A DNA stretch of 64,000 bases from Lama glama. Taxonomy: Eukaryota. A program made the translations under genes and the position numbers. A model generated the notes under the pieces. The model did no database searches. It worked only from the letters and a program-made list of their open reading frames with translations, and had not been told where the DNA came from. Positions 38,520-51,187 of the stretch are shown in pieces. The first letter of the stretch is position 1; every line of letters begins with the position of its first letter. The stretch lies in contig CM052817.1 in NCBI GenBank assembly GCA_028534125.1, positions 20,896,001 through 20,960,000 on the forward strand. Direction: 5' to 3'.

Positions 38520-39270
38520 TAATACTCTCTTTTTAAATAATTTATTCAAGTAATGCATTATCAAGCTAGATAACAATCTAAAATGTAGAAACCCAAAAAG
38601 AAAAATTGAAATACCTAGATTCATAACTAGGTATTTCAAAGATTAGCACTAAAGACTTGTATGAATATCCTTTTGGAATGTGATACATAAAACATTTCAA
38701 GTTCCTTATCTAATTTCACCTAAATACATTGTCAAGGAACAATTTAATCAATTGATACATGCTACATCATTTTAATGGCATTTCATCCTTTTTCATAACT
38801 ATAAATTATTTTACTAATGCTGTATTTTTGAGTGTTTAAATTATTTCCAATATTACAAGTAATGCTTTAATAAACACTCTCTTTTATATACCTTTACATG
38901 TAATTCCTGAAGACAATCCCAACAAAATGGAATTGTTTGATAAAAGTTGGCATTTTTATTGATATTAACCAATTAGCTATAAGAAAATTTACATAATGTT
39001 CTATTCCTTCCATCTGGGAATTTGAGAACCTGCTTATTAAAATTTCACTACCACTTAGCATTATCTAAATTTTTGACTTATTTGAAGACTGGTTTGAATT
39101 CAAATTTGGTGGTTAATAGTAATGCTAAACTCTTCTTTGTATGTATCTGTTCCTCATTACTATTTCTTGATTACCATTTGTTGAATTATATATCCGTACT
39201 AATGGTTTGAATCTTACTAATTTGTAAGACTTCTTTGGAAACATAAAAATATTAACTTGTTGCAACTTTC
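38520..39270 (-). mobile_element. Very old L1ME-like remnant
   Basis: Antisense L1M 3' pattern ('ttatttccaatattacaagtaatgctttaataaacactct', 'ctaatttgtaagacttctttg'). Confidence 0.4.
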
Positions 39271-39274
39271 TGCT

Positions 39275-39570
39275 AATTCATTCATTTCACAAATACATTA
39301 GCCTTCACTATAAGCCACAGTGTCCTAGTGACACAAAACAGCAGATGGGAACAATGGGCTTGCAGTCTGGGGGGTGGTTATTAATTAATCACTGAAAGAT
39401 GAATGCAAGTTATAAATTAGGTAAATGATTTGACTGAAATATTGCTACCCTTTGAAAATATAATTCAAAGTAATACTTAGACTTGATCAATCAGGAAAGA
39501 CTTTTTTGGTAAAATGATGCTTAGAACAAGCTGACAGATGAATTGGTAGCAGAGAGCTTTTCTAAGGGAC
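39275..39570 (-). mobile_element. L2 3' region
   Basis: 'attcattcatttcacaaatacatt', 'gcttgcagtctgggggg', 'aatcaggaaagactt'. Confidence 0.6.
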
Positions 39571-39793
39571 TGGTTAACCCAATACTAAAATTTCCTCTCC
39601 TTACATGTTTCTAAGACTAATTTAAGTTTGCTCTCTGACAGTCCAGGAAAAACAGGTAGACCTGGCAGATACCAAGGCAAAATTACTGTCTAGGAAACTC
39701 CAGACTTTATCAAAGGCATTGGTGTTGCCTTCCCCTAGAAGTCACTATGACACCTTACTAATTGATGGCAATATGTAAGCCACTCTGGTACTA

Positions 39794-39833
39794 ATCTATC
39801 TATCTATCTATCTATCTATCTATATATATATAT
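39794..39833. repeat. (ATCT)n(TA)n microsatellite
   Basis: About 7 ATCT units followed by a TA run. Confidence 0.95.
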
Positions 39834-40359
39834 TTAATCTTGCTGATGGCACTGATAACATTGCCAGCACTGACGTCTTAGAAAGCTCAAATGCTTCGGT
39901 ACAACAGGCGACAAGCCGTGCATTAACCATGAGGAAGACTGCATTTCGCCATCAGGATGGCTAACTCAAAATGTTTAAAACAAAAGTATCTCTGCTGCAG
40001 AAAGCATTCTCAGCAGGGGGAAAAAAAAGAGACCTGGGTAACTATGAATAAGATGAATAGCAATAAGGTATTACATACATTTGCCTGGAATTCTGAGAGT
40101 TGAATGAATAAATAACAATGGTATCCTAAATATTAACCTAACAGATAAAGTGTTTTCACAATTTTATAGTGCAAATTAACTGACAAAAATAAAAGCAAGG
40201 CTCTTATTCTTCTTCAGAGACAGTTCATTGAGCTAAGGGCTTATTTCTGCAGGGCTAGAAAACCGTTTTTCTCAGTTCAAGGTAGTGTCTGATGATTTCT
40301 ACTCCCGTCATTTTCTTTCCTCCCAGGATCGCCTAAAGGCACAGCAGGCTCACTTATCA

Positions 40360-40560
40360 TCTGTGGTGTAACCAGCCAACTCTCTAGAGGAGAGTGGGGA
40401 AAAGGCCCCAGTTTGTGGGGTTTCCCAAGTTCATGGTGTAAATGTCTTGCGATGGCCAGTTTTGAGCTTCCATCCTCCCACCACCGAATGTAGAGCTGGA
40501 AAGAGATACCTACACTGGTCTCTGGTGAGCTGGTTTGAGCCAGCTCCAGTCTGCCACTCT
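40360..40560. mobile_element. MER63A-like hAT DNA transposon
   Basis: 'catggtgtaaatgtc..atggccagttttgagct..gaatgtagagctggaaagagat..gagctggtttgagccagctccagtctgccact'. Confidence 0.75.
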
Positions 40561-41639
40561 TCACAGCTCTGGAATTGAGGAACACTGGTGGTTTGAATAC
40601 TTTCTTCTGTCCTCACTGGCCTCTGCTAAGGTCTAGTTTTTTACTACTTGATATTGAGAGTTGGCTTTTGTCTTGGACACCACTGGCTAGTGTTTTATCC
40701 AACCTTACGGCACAGGCAAAGCATGGTAACCCTTCTGGAAATAATACAATCATCCCTCTGCATGACTCTGTCCCAAACTTGGCTCCTGATGGCTTTGTAG
40801 CTCCTGCCATGGAATCCATAATCCCCACAACGATTTCATGGCTGCAGGGTTAGTGTTTATTTCTCTTGGAGACTTGCATCCTAGAAATGTGGGGAAATTA
40901 TCTATGTCCCATGTGAGCTGAGGGAGATTTGGAAAGCAGGGGATTCTATCTCAGGCTCTCATTGACTGAAGAGGACACATTGCCATTTCTACTCTACTGC
41001 AGCTATGTTGGCCTAGGGCTTCCTGTATTTTTGTATCCATTTTAAAAGAGTTCCAGATGATCAGTAGCCTCAACATCCCCTATACTTTCAGACCCCAAAC
41101 CTAATTTGTTGACTTCAAGAGATACCATCCTCCCTACCATGCCCGAATTTTGGCCTGAACCGTGGTTGGGGAATGTGAAATCAGTACCTGCACTAGAATC
41201 TCAAGTCTATATTCTATTTTCCTAATCCTCTCCAAGTTTCCAATCACAGCAGAGATTTGTCTTATCCTTGCTTTCAGGGAAGCAGCTCTAGTTTAATTGC
41301 CACATTATACCTATGAACCACTAGATCAGGAATAAACTCTAACTCTTTGTTTTCTCAGGTTTAGCTCACTATTAAAAAAAAAAAAATCCTGATCTTTAGA
41401 ATTCGATTTGAAACCAAAATGTTCTCTCTCAATTGCCTAGCTCTTGAGAATCAAGGGCACAATGGATTTCACATTCTTTTTAATTTAAAATATATGCATT
41501 CATAGATCAGAGCTGAGTGATACTTTTTCATAATTTACCTTCTTTCCTTCTTGAGGCAACGAATGCCACTAGAGTATTGAAATGTGAGACGTTAAAAAGT
41601 AAAAACAGGTTTAAAACTCCTTTATCTTGCTAAAATAGG

Positions 41640-41820
41640 TGTTCCCAGTGCTAGGGAGGGGCTAGGGCTACAATGATGAACAAGGCAGACATGCCCCCTG
41701 CCTTTGTAGAAGTTACAGTGAAATTAGTATATGGATCCATTTTTCAAAATAAAAATACAGTGTGCTATGCTAAGTGATAATATAAGAGAAGTACTGGGTG
41801 CTGTGTGAATTCAAATAGCT
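41640..41820 (-). mobile_element. L2 fragment
   Basis: 'gctagggctacaatgatgaacaaggcagacatgccccctgcctttgtagaagttacagt'. Confidence 0.7.
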
Positions 41821-41915
41821 TGTATAGTCAGTAAAAAATTCTATTGAAAACCAAAATGAAGGACTCTCAAACTGGCTCAGGTTAGTGTACTGGTTAGTGT
41901 TAGGGGTTGTCCATA

Positions 41916-42240
41916 TTTTCTTCCAGTTTTACTGAGATGTAACTGACATGCAGCACTGTGTATGTTTAAGGTATATAGTACCACGACTTTACTTACATGT
42001 ATCACGAAATGATTACCACAGGAAGTTACACATCCATAATCTCATATAGCTACAAAATTATTTTTTTCCTTCTGATGAGGGTTCTTCTGAAAGCTAAGAG
42101 AGTAAATCCTAGGTAACATAGAGCAGTGTTCATTATATACATGCCTAGTACTTATTTATAACTGGAAGTTTGTACCGTTGGCCACCTTCAGCCAGTTCCC
42201 CGTCTTCCCACCTCCCACCTCTAGTAACCGCAAATCTGAC
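41916..42240 (-). mobile_element. L1 3' end (L1MA9-like)
   Basis: 'ccagttttactgagatgtaactgacatgcagcactgtgtatgtttaaggt', 'tataactggaagtttgtacc', 'ctctagtaaccgcaaatctga'. Confidence 0.8.
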
Positions 42241-42385
42241 ATCACTTTGCACCATCAGTGTAAATGTCAACACTGAAAGTGACAAAAATATCTTACTGGT
42301 ATGAGAATTATTTTTGAACTCACAGGCCTCCATAAAGGGTCCTGGGGATCCCAGTGTTTGTGGATCACATTGTAAGAATCTCAGA
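42241..42385. mobile_element. hAT-Charlie DNA transposon end
   Basis: 'atcagtgtaaatgtcaacactgaaa...aagggtcctggggatccc...ggatcacattgtaagaatc'. Confidence 0.6.
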
Positions 42386-42394
42386 TCTACAAGA

Positions 42395-42880
42395 TCTTAC
42401 TGTATGTGACCTGAGGCTTCCTCTATGTCGTCACCCCGTCCCCTCCCCTCACTCGCTGCACTGCTGCCACACTGACCTGATTGCTATTCAAATACTCCAG
42501 GCATAGCCTTGCCTTTAGAAGTTGTACTGAGTGCCCCTCTGCCTAAATCAGTCCTCCAAGATATCCCAAGGGCTGACTCCCCAGTGGCTAACCGCTAACT
42601 CAGCCATTGTTCAAAAAGTTGCCTCCCCATGAAGCCTACTTACCCTGACCACACTACTGAAGACTGCAACTCTAAGAACTGATTCAACTTACCCTGTCCT
42701 ATCTCTTCTTAGTATTTACTACAGTCTATTGTCACATTTCATATTTGTTCTCCCTCTCCCCTTATTAAGAAGGCAACATTGTGAAGGCTGTGATTATTAC
42801 ATTTTGTTTATTGCTGCATCTCATATACTTAAATTGAGTCTTGCACATAGCAGGTTATCAATAACATTTATTGAATGAAA
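42395..42880 (+). mobile_element. L2a 3' end
   Basis: 'gccacactgacct..caaatactccaggca', 'ctttgttttattgctgcatctc'-like segment, ends 'gcacatagcaggttatcaataacatttattgaatgaa'. Confidence 0.8.
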
Positions 42881-43385
42881 AGAGAAATGATTCCAATTGT
42901 ATATCATCTTGTTTAATGAATGTGATTTTTCGTTTCTAGACCAGAGAATATAAACATTAGTATCTGTTGATAATAAAGTGAGCAATTTTAAATGATACTG
43001 TCTTTTCACCTCTAACTTCTTTATCCCTGTATTCTTTTGATTCATCTTTTATATTAGAGATTACTCAAATATCTAATGAGCTTTTTCTCTCCATTAGTAC
43101 ATACTATTGAGGTGCTAAAAAGCTTGCTGGAGGCTCTAAATGCATGTTTTCATGGTAGGGCTTCATTTTAGATTGTTCAGGCTGAGATGAAATGGTTTGT
43201 CTGGGGTCTTCCCAAATAGCAGTTGTAAGTAGTTCTTCCCCCCTAGATAGTCAATATCTTCAGAGGGGAATTTTCTAGACCAACCTTGGCTAGTCGGCAT
43301 TTATCTATGTCTGGTTAATACACATTTGGTTACCAAATTGGGAAAGATTTCTAGTGATATTACTCTTAAATGTATAGACTTTAAT

Positions 43386-43585
43386 GCAAATGTTAGCAAA
43401 CTTTTGTCTGTGGGCCAAATATAACCTGTTATAAATAAAACACAGTAAAGCTTATTCATTTACATACCATCTATGACTGCCTCCAGCCTGCAATTTCATA
43501 GTTAACTCATTGCCACATAAACCAAATGAACTGCAAAGCCTGAAATATTAGCTATTCGGTCCTTTGCAGAACATACATGCCCACC
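43386..43585 (-). mobile_element. MER58-like MITE
   Basis: 'ttagcaaact..ctgtgggccaaat..ttcatttacata..ctatgactgc..ctgcaaagcctgaaatatt..ggtcctttgcagaa'. Confidence 0.75.
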
Positions 43586-44669
43586 CTCACTCCCCAGTTC
43601 TGGGATGGGTGCTCTCAGCCATTATCCCTGCTGCCTTGTGTCTTGGTGGCAGTAAACTCTGGTTCACAGTCTCAGAGAGGACACGCATTCCCTGCTGATG
43701 TGTGGGAGTTAGATCTTAGCGTTACCGGATGGAAGTTAGAGCTTGTCCTTACTGAATGGAAGAAGATTTGTGAGTTTACCCACTCAGATATTCTTCCCTT
43801 TTCAGTCTCATCTCTCAGGCAACAGAATTCATCCCTCCCTCCGTCTTCCCAGGATAGAGCAGCACAACATCTTACCTTCTTATGCCATTGGATCTGTTAG
43901 GATGATACCAATTTTTTTTTTTTTTTTGAAAAGAGACTTACTGTCCTTCCTTCACTTTTGTTATCCCAAGAATGTTTTAACATATCTGGTTGCTTGATTG
44001 ACCTTTTCTACTTATTGTTATTTCTATGAATTTAAATTTTTGTAAAATTTGTTTTACTTTCCAGAAAGAATATATATAAGAATTATATCCAATCCATCAT
44101 GTTTAATTTGAAGTCACAGTACTATTTTTAATTTGCCATGTTTAAGATATAATTCAGTTTTTATTTGCAGCCTAATTATAAATTTAAGGATTTTTTAATG
44201 AAATTTTAGTTTTCTACTTTTTAAGAACTGTTCTGACCTGTGACATGTAAGTATTGTGTGAAGGAGGGCAAGTGGGTTTGTGTGCTTAATTTGTTAAAGA
44301 CTGAGAAAGGTAAATTTGTTTAGTATTTTTACCAGGTTTTATTTGATGTGTCTCAGTGGTATGCAGTTTAGTGAATAAAAATTCATGACATTTTTAACTG
44401 GACTGTACTTCAACAATAAAACTGGTTCATGGGGCCCATTTAATGCTTAACATTTTTATTGTGCATAAAAGGAAAATATTTCCAAAGGGCTTTACCATAA
44501 AAGCACAGAATCATAGCTCTCTCTCCTGTCCTGTTTCCCAAGAGAACCAACCTCTAACTCTTCTAGTAACTTTTTTTTTATATTTCTGTTCATATATCTT
44601 ATACATTGTTATATACACTTATTTTTGACATTTATAAGTTATACTTACATGTATGTATAATTATCCATC

Positions 44670-44785
44670 GAGGTAGTCATTATGCTAGACCCTCAAATAG
44701 GTCTATGTCCTAATATGTCTACAAACATACCACAAGGTATGTTGCAGATATGTTGAAAGATAAGAACCTTAAGGAGATTATCCTG
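44670..44785 (+). mobile_element. MLT1D-like LTR 5' fragment
   Basis: 'gtctatgtcctaat...tgcagatatg..aagaaccttaaggagattatcctg'. Confidence 0.45.
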
Positions 44786-44910
44786 AGACCATGAAACAGT
44801 TATATGTTTAGATCGAACAATAATATAGTTATAATATTTATATAGAAAAACTTTGCTTAACCTGAATATTAAAAAGAGAGAGAGAAAAAAAGAAACATAC
44901 TAACCTGAAG

Positions 44911-45154
44911 GAAAAAATGGGGAAAGAGTGGAGAGGGATAAATTAGAGGTTGGGGACTAAAGACACACACACACGAAACAGATAAACAAGGACCTGCTAT
45001 CTAGCAAAGGGAACTACATTCAGTTTCTTGTAGTAACGTATAATGGAAAAGAATCTGAAAAGAAAAAATATATATGTATGCATATACATAACTGAATCAC
45101 TTTGTTGTACACCTGAAGCTAACATTGTAAATCAACTACATTTAAAAAAAAAGG
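44911..45154 (+). mobile_element. Intermediate-age artiodactyl-type L1 3' end with a decayed TSD
   Basis: 'aacaaggacctgctatctagcaaagggaactacattca..ataatggaaaagaatctgaaaa..ataactgaatcactttg'; TSD-like AAGAAACATACTAACCTGAAG (44890-44910) and AAGAAACCTATTAACCTGAAG (45155-45175). Confidence 0.85.
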
Positions 45155-45179
45155 AAGAAACCTATTAACCTGAAGAAAA

Positions 45180-46135
45180 ACCTGGATATTAAAATTAATT
45201 TACACTTATCAAAAAACACTGTTAATAGAGTGAAATGGAAGGCTGCTGTGGAACAGGATAATACTAATACATATAATCAATATAGGGCTCAGGGTCAGAG
45301 TATTTAACGGAATCCTACAAGTGATTAAGAAAAAAGAATCTATAAATTGATAAAAGGTTCATTTAGTCACTACACACACTTGAACATGTGAAAAGTTATT
45401 AAATGTGTGCTTCATTACAAAAGAAATAAATGCTAAAAACCCAATGCAATACCACTGCATACCTACCAGAATGATGAAAATGAAAAGAAAAAAAAAAAAA
45501 AACAGAAAGTAAAGGCACAAGCCAGCATCCAGAACAATTGGAACTGATCTCCTGGTGTAAATGAGCAAAACCAATTTGTAAAGTACTGAAGCTAAAGAAA
45601 TGCTGACCTTATGATTAGCATCCCAGGAATCTGAGCCCAGATACTCACTTGAGGTTCTATATTAGATTATTTATTACAACTTGACTTGTAATAGCCAGAG
45701 ACTGAGGACTGCCCAATGTTCATTGACATTGGGATACCTAAGTGAAGTTTAGTACAGTCACACTGTGCAAATTCTATATAGCAATGTGAATGAGTGAGTT
45801 GCAGCTACAAGCAACTTCTTCGTTAATCTCACAAAAATAATATTAAGCAAAATAATCCAGACAAAAAAATAATTTTTTTACTGTATGTTTTCATTACTAT
45901 AAGCTCAAGACAGGCAGTATCAGTCTCTGGAATCAGAAGGAAGGAAAGTGATTACATCTGAGTGCCGGTAAAGACCAGGAAGCAGAAGCAGGTGAGGGCT
46001 TCCAGGATGCTAGTTTGGGTCTGCTTCTTGAGAGGTGTGCTCTGGTTACACAGGTGTTTTCAGTTTCTGACAGTTCATCAAGTTGTACTTTTCCGAGGTG
46101 TGCACTTACCTATACTCATACGTTTCAATAAAATC
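45180..46135 (+). mobile_element. Ancient L1ME-like ORF2 end and 3' UTR
   Basis: 'aataccactgcatacctaccagaatg', 'ttgtaatagccagagactg', 'ttcatcaagttgtac..tgtgcactt..tttcaataaaa'. Confidence 0.7.
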
Positions 46136-46751
46136 TTCCTATTAAAACTCCTCCCTCCCAACACCTGCCAAATTAACTGGCCCACCAGCTTATCAGTGAT
46201 CTATACCAAGCATTTAGTGATGTTAAAGAAAAACAAAGAACCCTACCATATTTACTCCCAAGAAAATTTTAGAAGGCAAATCCTTCACTCTAGTGTTTAT
46301 TAAACAATTTGTTGTCTGCACCATTAGGTACTGGTGCTGGTGAATTCTAACTAGAACCTGTGTATTTAACATATCTTGCCTGGCCGGCATTGCAGTCTTT
46401 CCCGTCATTAGAAGATGGGCAAGGAAATCACACCTGGAAGCCAAGGAAAGACGTCCATGGAAATATTTTCGACAGCTTGAGATTAATGTAGTTGAATTCA
46501 TCACTTACCTTACTGTTAGGTAAAAGAAATTACTGCTAAATCATCAGTTTTCCAATACAATCCTGGAGCATCATACTTCTAACAGAGTAAGATTTTAATA
46601 ATGTCACAATTTCTCATCCTTTAATATCTTGCTAGGCATTTTTCATATAAACTTAACTGATGAAAAATTCCATGAGGCTTATGATTCCCCAGTTCTCCTT
46701 CTCCCAAGCAGGGAAAAGTTTTGAGGCTACGCAACAGAGTGATAACACCAG

Positions 46752-47171
46752 CTACATTAGCGTCCTGTTGCTTCTACACCAAATTACCACAAATTTCATG
46801 GATTAAAACAATAGAAATGTGTTATCTTACAGTTCTGGAGATCAGGGCTCCAAAACGAGCATCACTGGGCTAAAATCAAAGTTTCAGCAGGGCTGCATTT
46901 CTTCCTGAGGCTCTAGAAGAGATACCACGCTCCCGCCTTCGGCCAGAGAGGCCGCCTCACTGACTTCCGGCACCCTCCTTTACTTATAAGGACGCTTGTG
47001 ATTACATTGGGCCCACCTGGGTAATCCAGGAAATTCTATCTCAGGGTTAGCTAATGAGCCACCTTACTTCCATCCAGTAACTCAATTCTTTGCCGTATGA
47101 CAAAATGTATTTACAGGTTTCAGGGTTTCAGACGCAGGCATTGTAGGGGAGTCATTATTCTACCTGCCACA
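46752..47171 (-). mobile_element. MLT1C-like MaLR solo LTR
   Basis: 'aaattaccacaaattt..ttaaaacaatagaaatgtgttatcttacagttctggag', 'tataaggacgcttgtgattacattgggcccacctgggtaatccagga', ends 'ttattctacctgccaca'. Confidence 0.88.
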
Positions 47172-47324
47172 TCTGTCAGTACAATCACATAATGATGCTT
47201 TATCCCTTTTTATGTATAAGTGTTAATACTGGGGAGACTACACAAAAAAGCATACTCCAATGTTGTCTTAAGTCAGACATAATTATAATAGCTATGGCCA
47301 TTTGAAAAAGTAATTAAATGTTCT

Positions 47325-47397
47325 ATTTCTTTTTCATTGAGATAATTGACATATAACATTAGTTTCAGATGCACAACTAATGATATGATATTTGTGA
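47325..47397 (-). mobile_element. Short L1 3' tip
   Basis: 'ttcattgagataattgacatataacattagtttcagatgcacaac'. Confidence 0.6.
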
Positions 47398-47756
47398 TGT
47401 TTTAGTTTTGACATAGTATATTGCAAAATACTGGAGGGGTAATTGAAAGAAAAATCCATCTTAAGAAAAAAACATTAAATTGAAGTTCAAATTTTAAAAG
47501 AAATTTAAAATATGATCCATACACATGTATTGTAATCATTCAGGCTATTAATTCTTATTTTTATTTCATCTATCCCTACTGAAGACAGGTAGAAAGTACA
47601 CAATCTGGTATATATTCTTTTCTGAATGGAACATTTTAACTTTCAGATTGAGTGGATATATAAATATGCTACTCCTAATATGAAATATAAAATCTATGAT
47701 TTATTTCATTTCTAATTTAATGACAAAATAAAAGATACTTGGAGACAAAGCTGAAC

Positions 47757-47972
47757 ACATAATACATATATAGTTATAACATAATACATGTAAATATATA
47801 TGTATAAATATATATGTGGTATATTATACATCTTGATATATTCATATATATAACCACATATATATGTAATATTACATATTTTACTGTTTTCAGTTTATCT
47901 TTTTCTGCTTGTGTATGTGTATATATGTGTGTTTGACTATATATTGTGCATAACTTTAATATGTAGTACATT
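47757..47972. repeat. AT-rich, degenerate (TA)/(TG) low-complexity tract
   Basis: Alternating purine-pyrimidine runs. Confidence 0.7.
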
Positions 47973-48801
47973 CAATTCTCTTTCTAATGTATTTTTCTCT
48001 GCTCCTGTTTATTTGTATGTGACTATTAATACTGGCAAAAATTCAAAATACATGAACTGAAATAGAAAATAAATGCTTTATTTCAAATTCTTAAACCCCC
48101 CCCAAACAAATGTGCAAAGTCTACTAAGGCATTCATGAAATGCTTTAAAATCCAGAGAAAATGGAATAAGGATTAAACTTGAACTGTTCTGTAGAGGATG
48201 AGGATTTACTATGAGCATAGTTAGGAGCACTTTAATTCAAGCAAAACATTAAATGGTAGTGTTAACTTCTTAGCTTGGAGCTTATTTATCATCACATTTC
48301 TTTTCTTGGTAGTAGCATTAAGAATGCATTAATAAAAGGATAAAGTACATTTAATACTAGAGGAAGAAAAAGTTAATGATCCTAAAAGATGGTCATAGCT
48401 ACTTGTTCTTGAGTATTTAAAATAATTTTTCTCACCTGGAAAATTACAAAATGTTATTGGATTTCATATGAGATGTAAATCCTTTAATTTCCCAGGAGCA
48501 TGAAGTGGGCAAACTCTCAAACCAGATTTAGTTTTTGTTGTCCTGTCTGTTTGATGACTGACATCACTGACTTTTTTAGAGTTTTTAAGATCAATGCTGG
48601 GAGGCATAGATTTCTTCTCAAGATTTTCTCCTGCATTGATGGTAAACCTATAACAAGCTATGGTTATGGCCTCGTGGTCCAAATTCATTTTTTTCTCCCC
48701 TTTGAGCCAGGTTTAATTGAGAAACAGAATTTGCATGCTTTCTCACTCAGTGATTTCTTTTCATCAGAAGTATAGTGTTTTTATTGAAACAACCAAATTT
48801 A

Positions 48802-48893
48802 TTTTTTACCACTTTATTGAGCTGTAATTGATATACACAAAAACTGCACATATTTAATAGACACAATTTGATGAGTTTGGACACATGCATACA
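48802..48893 (-). mobile_element. L1MB-like 3' tip
   Basis: 'ctttattgagctgtaattgatatacacaaaaactgcacatatttaa..caatttgatgagtttggacacatgcataca'. Confidence 0.75.
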
Positions 48894-50269
48894 AGTAAGC
48901 TTAATTTTTAACAATAATATTGTATATTCATTAATAAATGATGATATATAATTAAGAAAAACATTCATTTAGTAAATAGAAACACGAAGGTATCTTTTTT
49001 TCACTCTTTTCAGCTGGTATGAATATCATTTCTAACACTGCCATTTTCAGTTTAAAGAAAGAAACAATTAGTCTTGATTGCTTACACTGGCATTTTATGT
49101 CTCTGAGATCACGTACTACTTTCTTTCTTTTCATAGAAAAATAAATTCTCAAGTTAAAACTGAAACAGTTAAATTTGTGTTTTCTATTCCCATCAGTTGG
49201 TCTTAGCCCTGTTGAACCTGGAACATATCAAGTACCAGTGACTTTAGACCATCTTTCTTCCTAAAAGCATTGTATTCCAAAGGATCAAATGATGTTTGTG
49301 AAAGATTTAAATCGTGAAATAAGCTATGCTGAAATTTATTTTTAGCTTGTTTGTTTCATTGTCTTTGTTTTATTTTCATTTGTCTCTTTTATCGTCACCT
49401 TTTCTCCTTCTGTCCCTCCTTTCCTTCTTCCTTCCTTCCTTCCTCTTTTTTATCTCTTTCTCTTTCAAATTATCAAGGACTATGAACTTTTTAAATGCTT
49501 TTTGCAAAGTTGACCCCAAGGTATTCAAAATCATAATTTTGATTATTATGTAATAATTCGTATTATGTATACACATACATTTTTGTCTTTACTTTTCAAC
49601 TTGTTATCTTTATTTAGGCAGGATTTCTTTACGCTAGGTTTTATTGTTGCAAGTAAAGTGTCCTTCAGCAATCAAAAATTGTCTATGAGCTTTTCTTTGA
49701 CAGTTTGCTGAAGTTCCCATTAAGACACTTACTGGAGGGCACTGAATTTTGTTGCCTAATAACATCTCATGAGAAAGGTAATTTGATAAATTTTAGAGCT
49801 TTGGGTAAATCTCACATTGTGCTTAAAACTTCTGATATAGAAAACCTTTTTTAAATTTACTCAATTAGTTTACAAATTAATGAATTGGATTACCATGATT
49901 TCCAGAAACTGCAGTTATGAAACTATAAATATGTGCTCATCTAAATTGAATTATATTACAGCAAATATCTTTTTAAATGATTCTTTTGAACTGCAGAGAG
50001 TGCTACAAGTCTATTGGAAACAATGTACTCCATAAAGTTAAAAGTTAAAAGTATATATATTGTTCTCTCTCTCTCACTCACTCTTGTTTCCATGCCCCCC
50101 ACCAGCTCCGAGGGCCAGCTGTTCTGAAAGTTGAATTCTCTTTTAGTATTATATATATGGTTATATATAATTTATAAAAATATTAATATAGTTTTGTAAT
50201 TCCAAATAAATAATAATTTAATGATAATAAACGATGATAGTTTATTTGACACAATTCTTCTTTTATAAA

Positions 50270-50820
50270 CTGTCTAGTATGGAAAATACATCATCAATTT
50301 ACTTCTTAGCCCCATAGCCTCAACACATGGACAGTTGAAGGACTTGTGGTTTCCCAATGTGTTTCTGAAATATTCTGTCTAAGGTTATAGTGCCATTTTC
50401 TCTGAGATTAACTCTAACTTTCCCAGCTCCACAGGGTTTTGGCTTCAGGGTCTATGCTCTTACCTGAGCTATACTTCTTGACCGAGTAGACAAGAATTAT
50501 ATCTCATTAAGTCAGCTTCCCCAGAATTGTTCTGTTTAGGACAGAGCGGGTCATCAAAGATATTTTCTGAAAAGATACATGAATAGACAACATGGACTAG
50601 TCCATATCAAGGCTCAAACACCGCCCATTCCACATTAAAGAGATTCTCTGCCTTGATGACGAGGAGGCTGGGTGGGATAAGCAAGATTTTGTACAATAGG
50701 CTATTTTATTTTTATTTGTGTAATATGATGGCTATAATAATCTTATATATCCATGTTGGTTCCAACACTTTGGAATCAGCTGCTCTTTGAAGTTTCCTGT
50801 CCTGACCCAATATGACTGGT
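50270..50820. mobile_element. Possible old ERVL-type LTR
   Basis: GC-richer block with LTR-like text; family not recognised. Confidence 0.25.
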
Positions 50821-51187
50821 GCTTGTATTCAAACACCCATGGTCATAATCAACTGGCTACCTGGGACACCTGGTAGAAAGTTACCCATTTAGGATTCTGC
50901 TTCTATGTGTCATTAGAAAGTAACCATCAGTACCTTACCCAACCCCCTTTTTGGAACTTGCCACTTGGCTAATCCGTTTGCAATATGACAGATAGGAGTA
51001 ATCTTTTTCTTACTATTATTAAGTAGTTTGAATGAAGGGAGGAAAACTCTTGGGGCAAAGTAATTATGTTGAATTGCATGGTTCTGCTAAACAGAACTAA
51101 TTACAGTTCAATTAAGTTTAATGCTCAAACAGAATTATCATTTAATTGTTTCAATAACAACAAATACCAGTTGAAATGTAAATGTGT

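Noticed and set aside
40277..40853. Overlapping 60-100 aa ORFs on both strands
   Set aside because: Partly inside a MER63-like element; no recognisable domain or splice pattern
46503..46590. Minus-strand AAG|GTAAGT donor with an upstream acceptor
   Set aside because: The candidate exon has stops in all three frames and nothing else supports it; a non-coding exon cannot be excluded
49326..49576. Hydrophobic and basic ORF pair
   Set aside because: Translation of a pyrimidine-rich low-complexity tract
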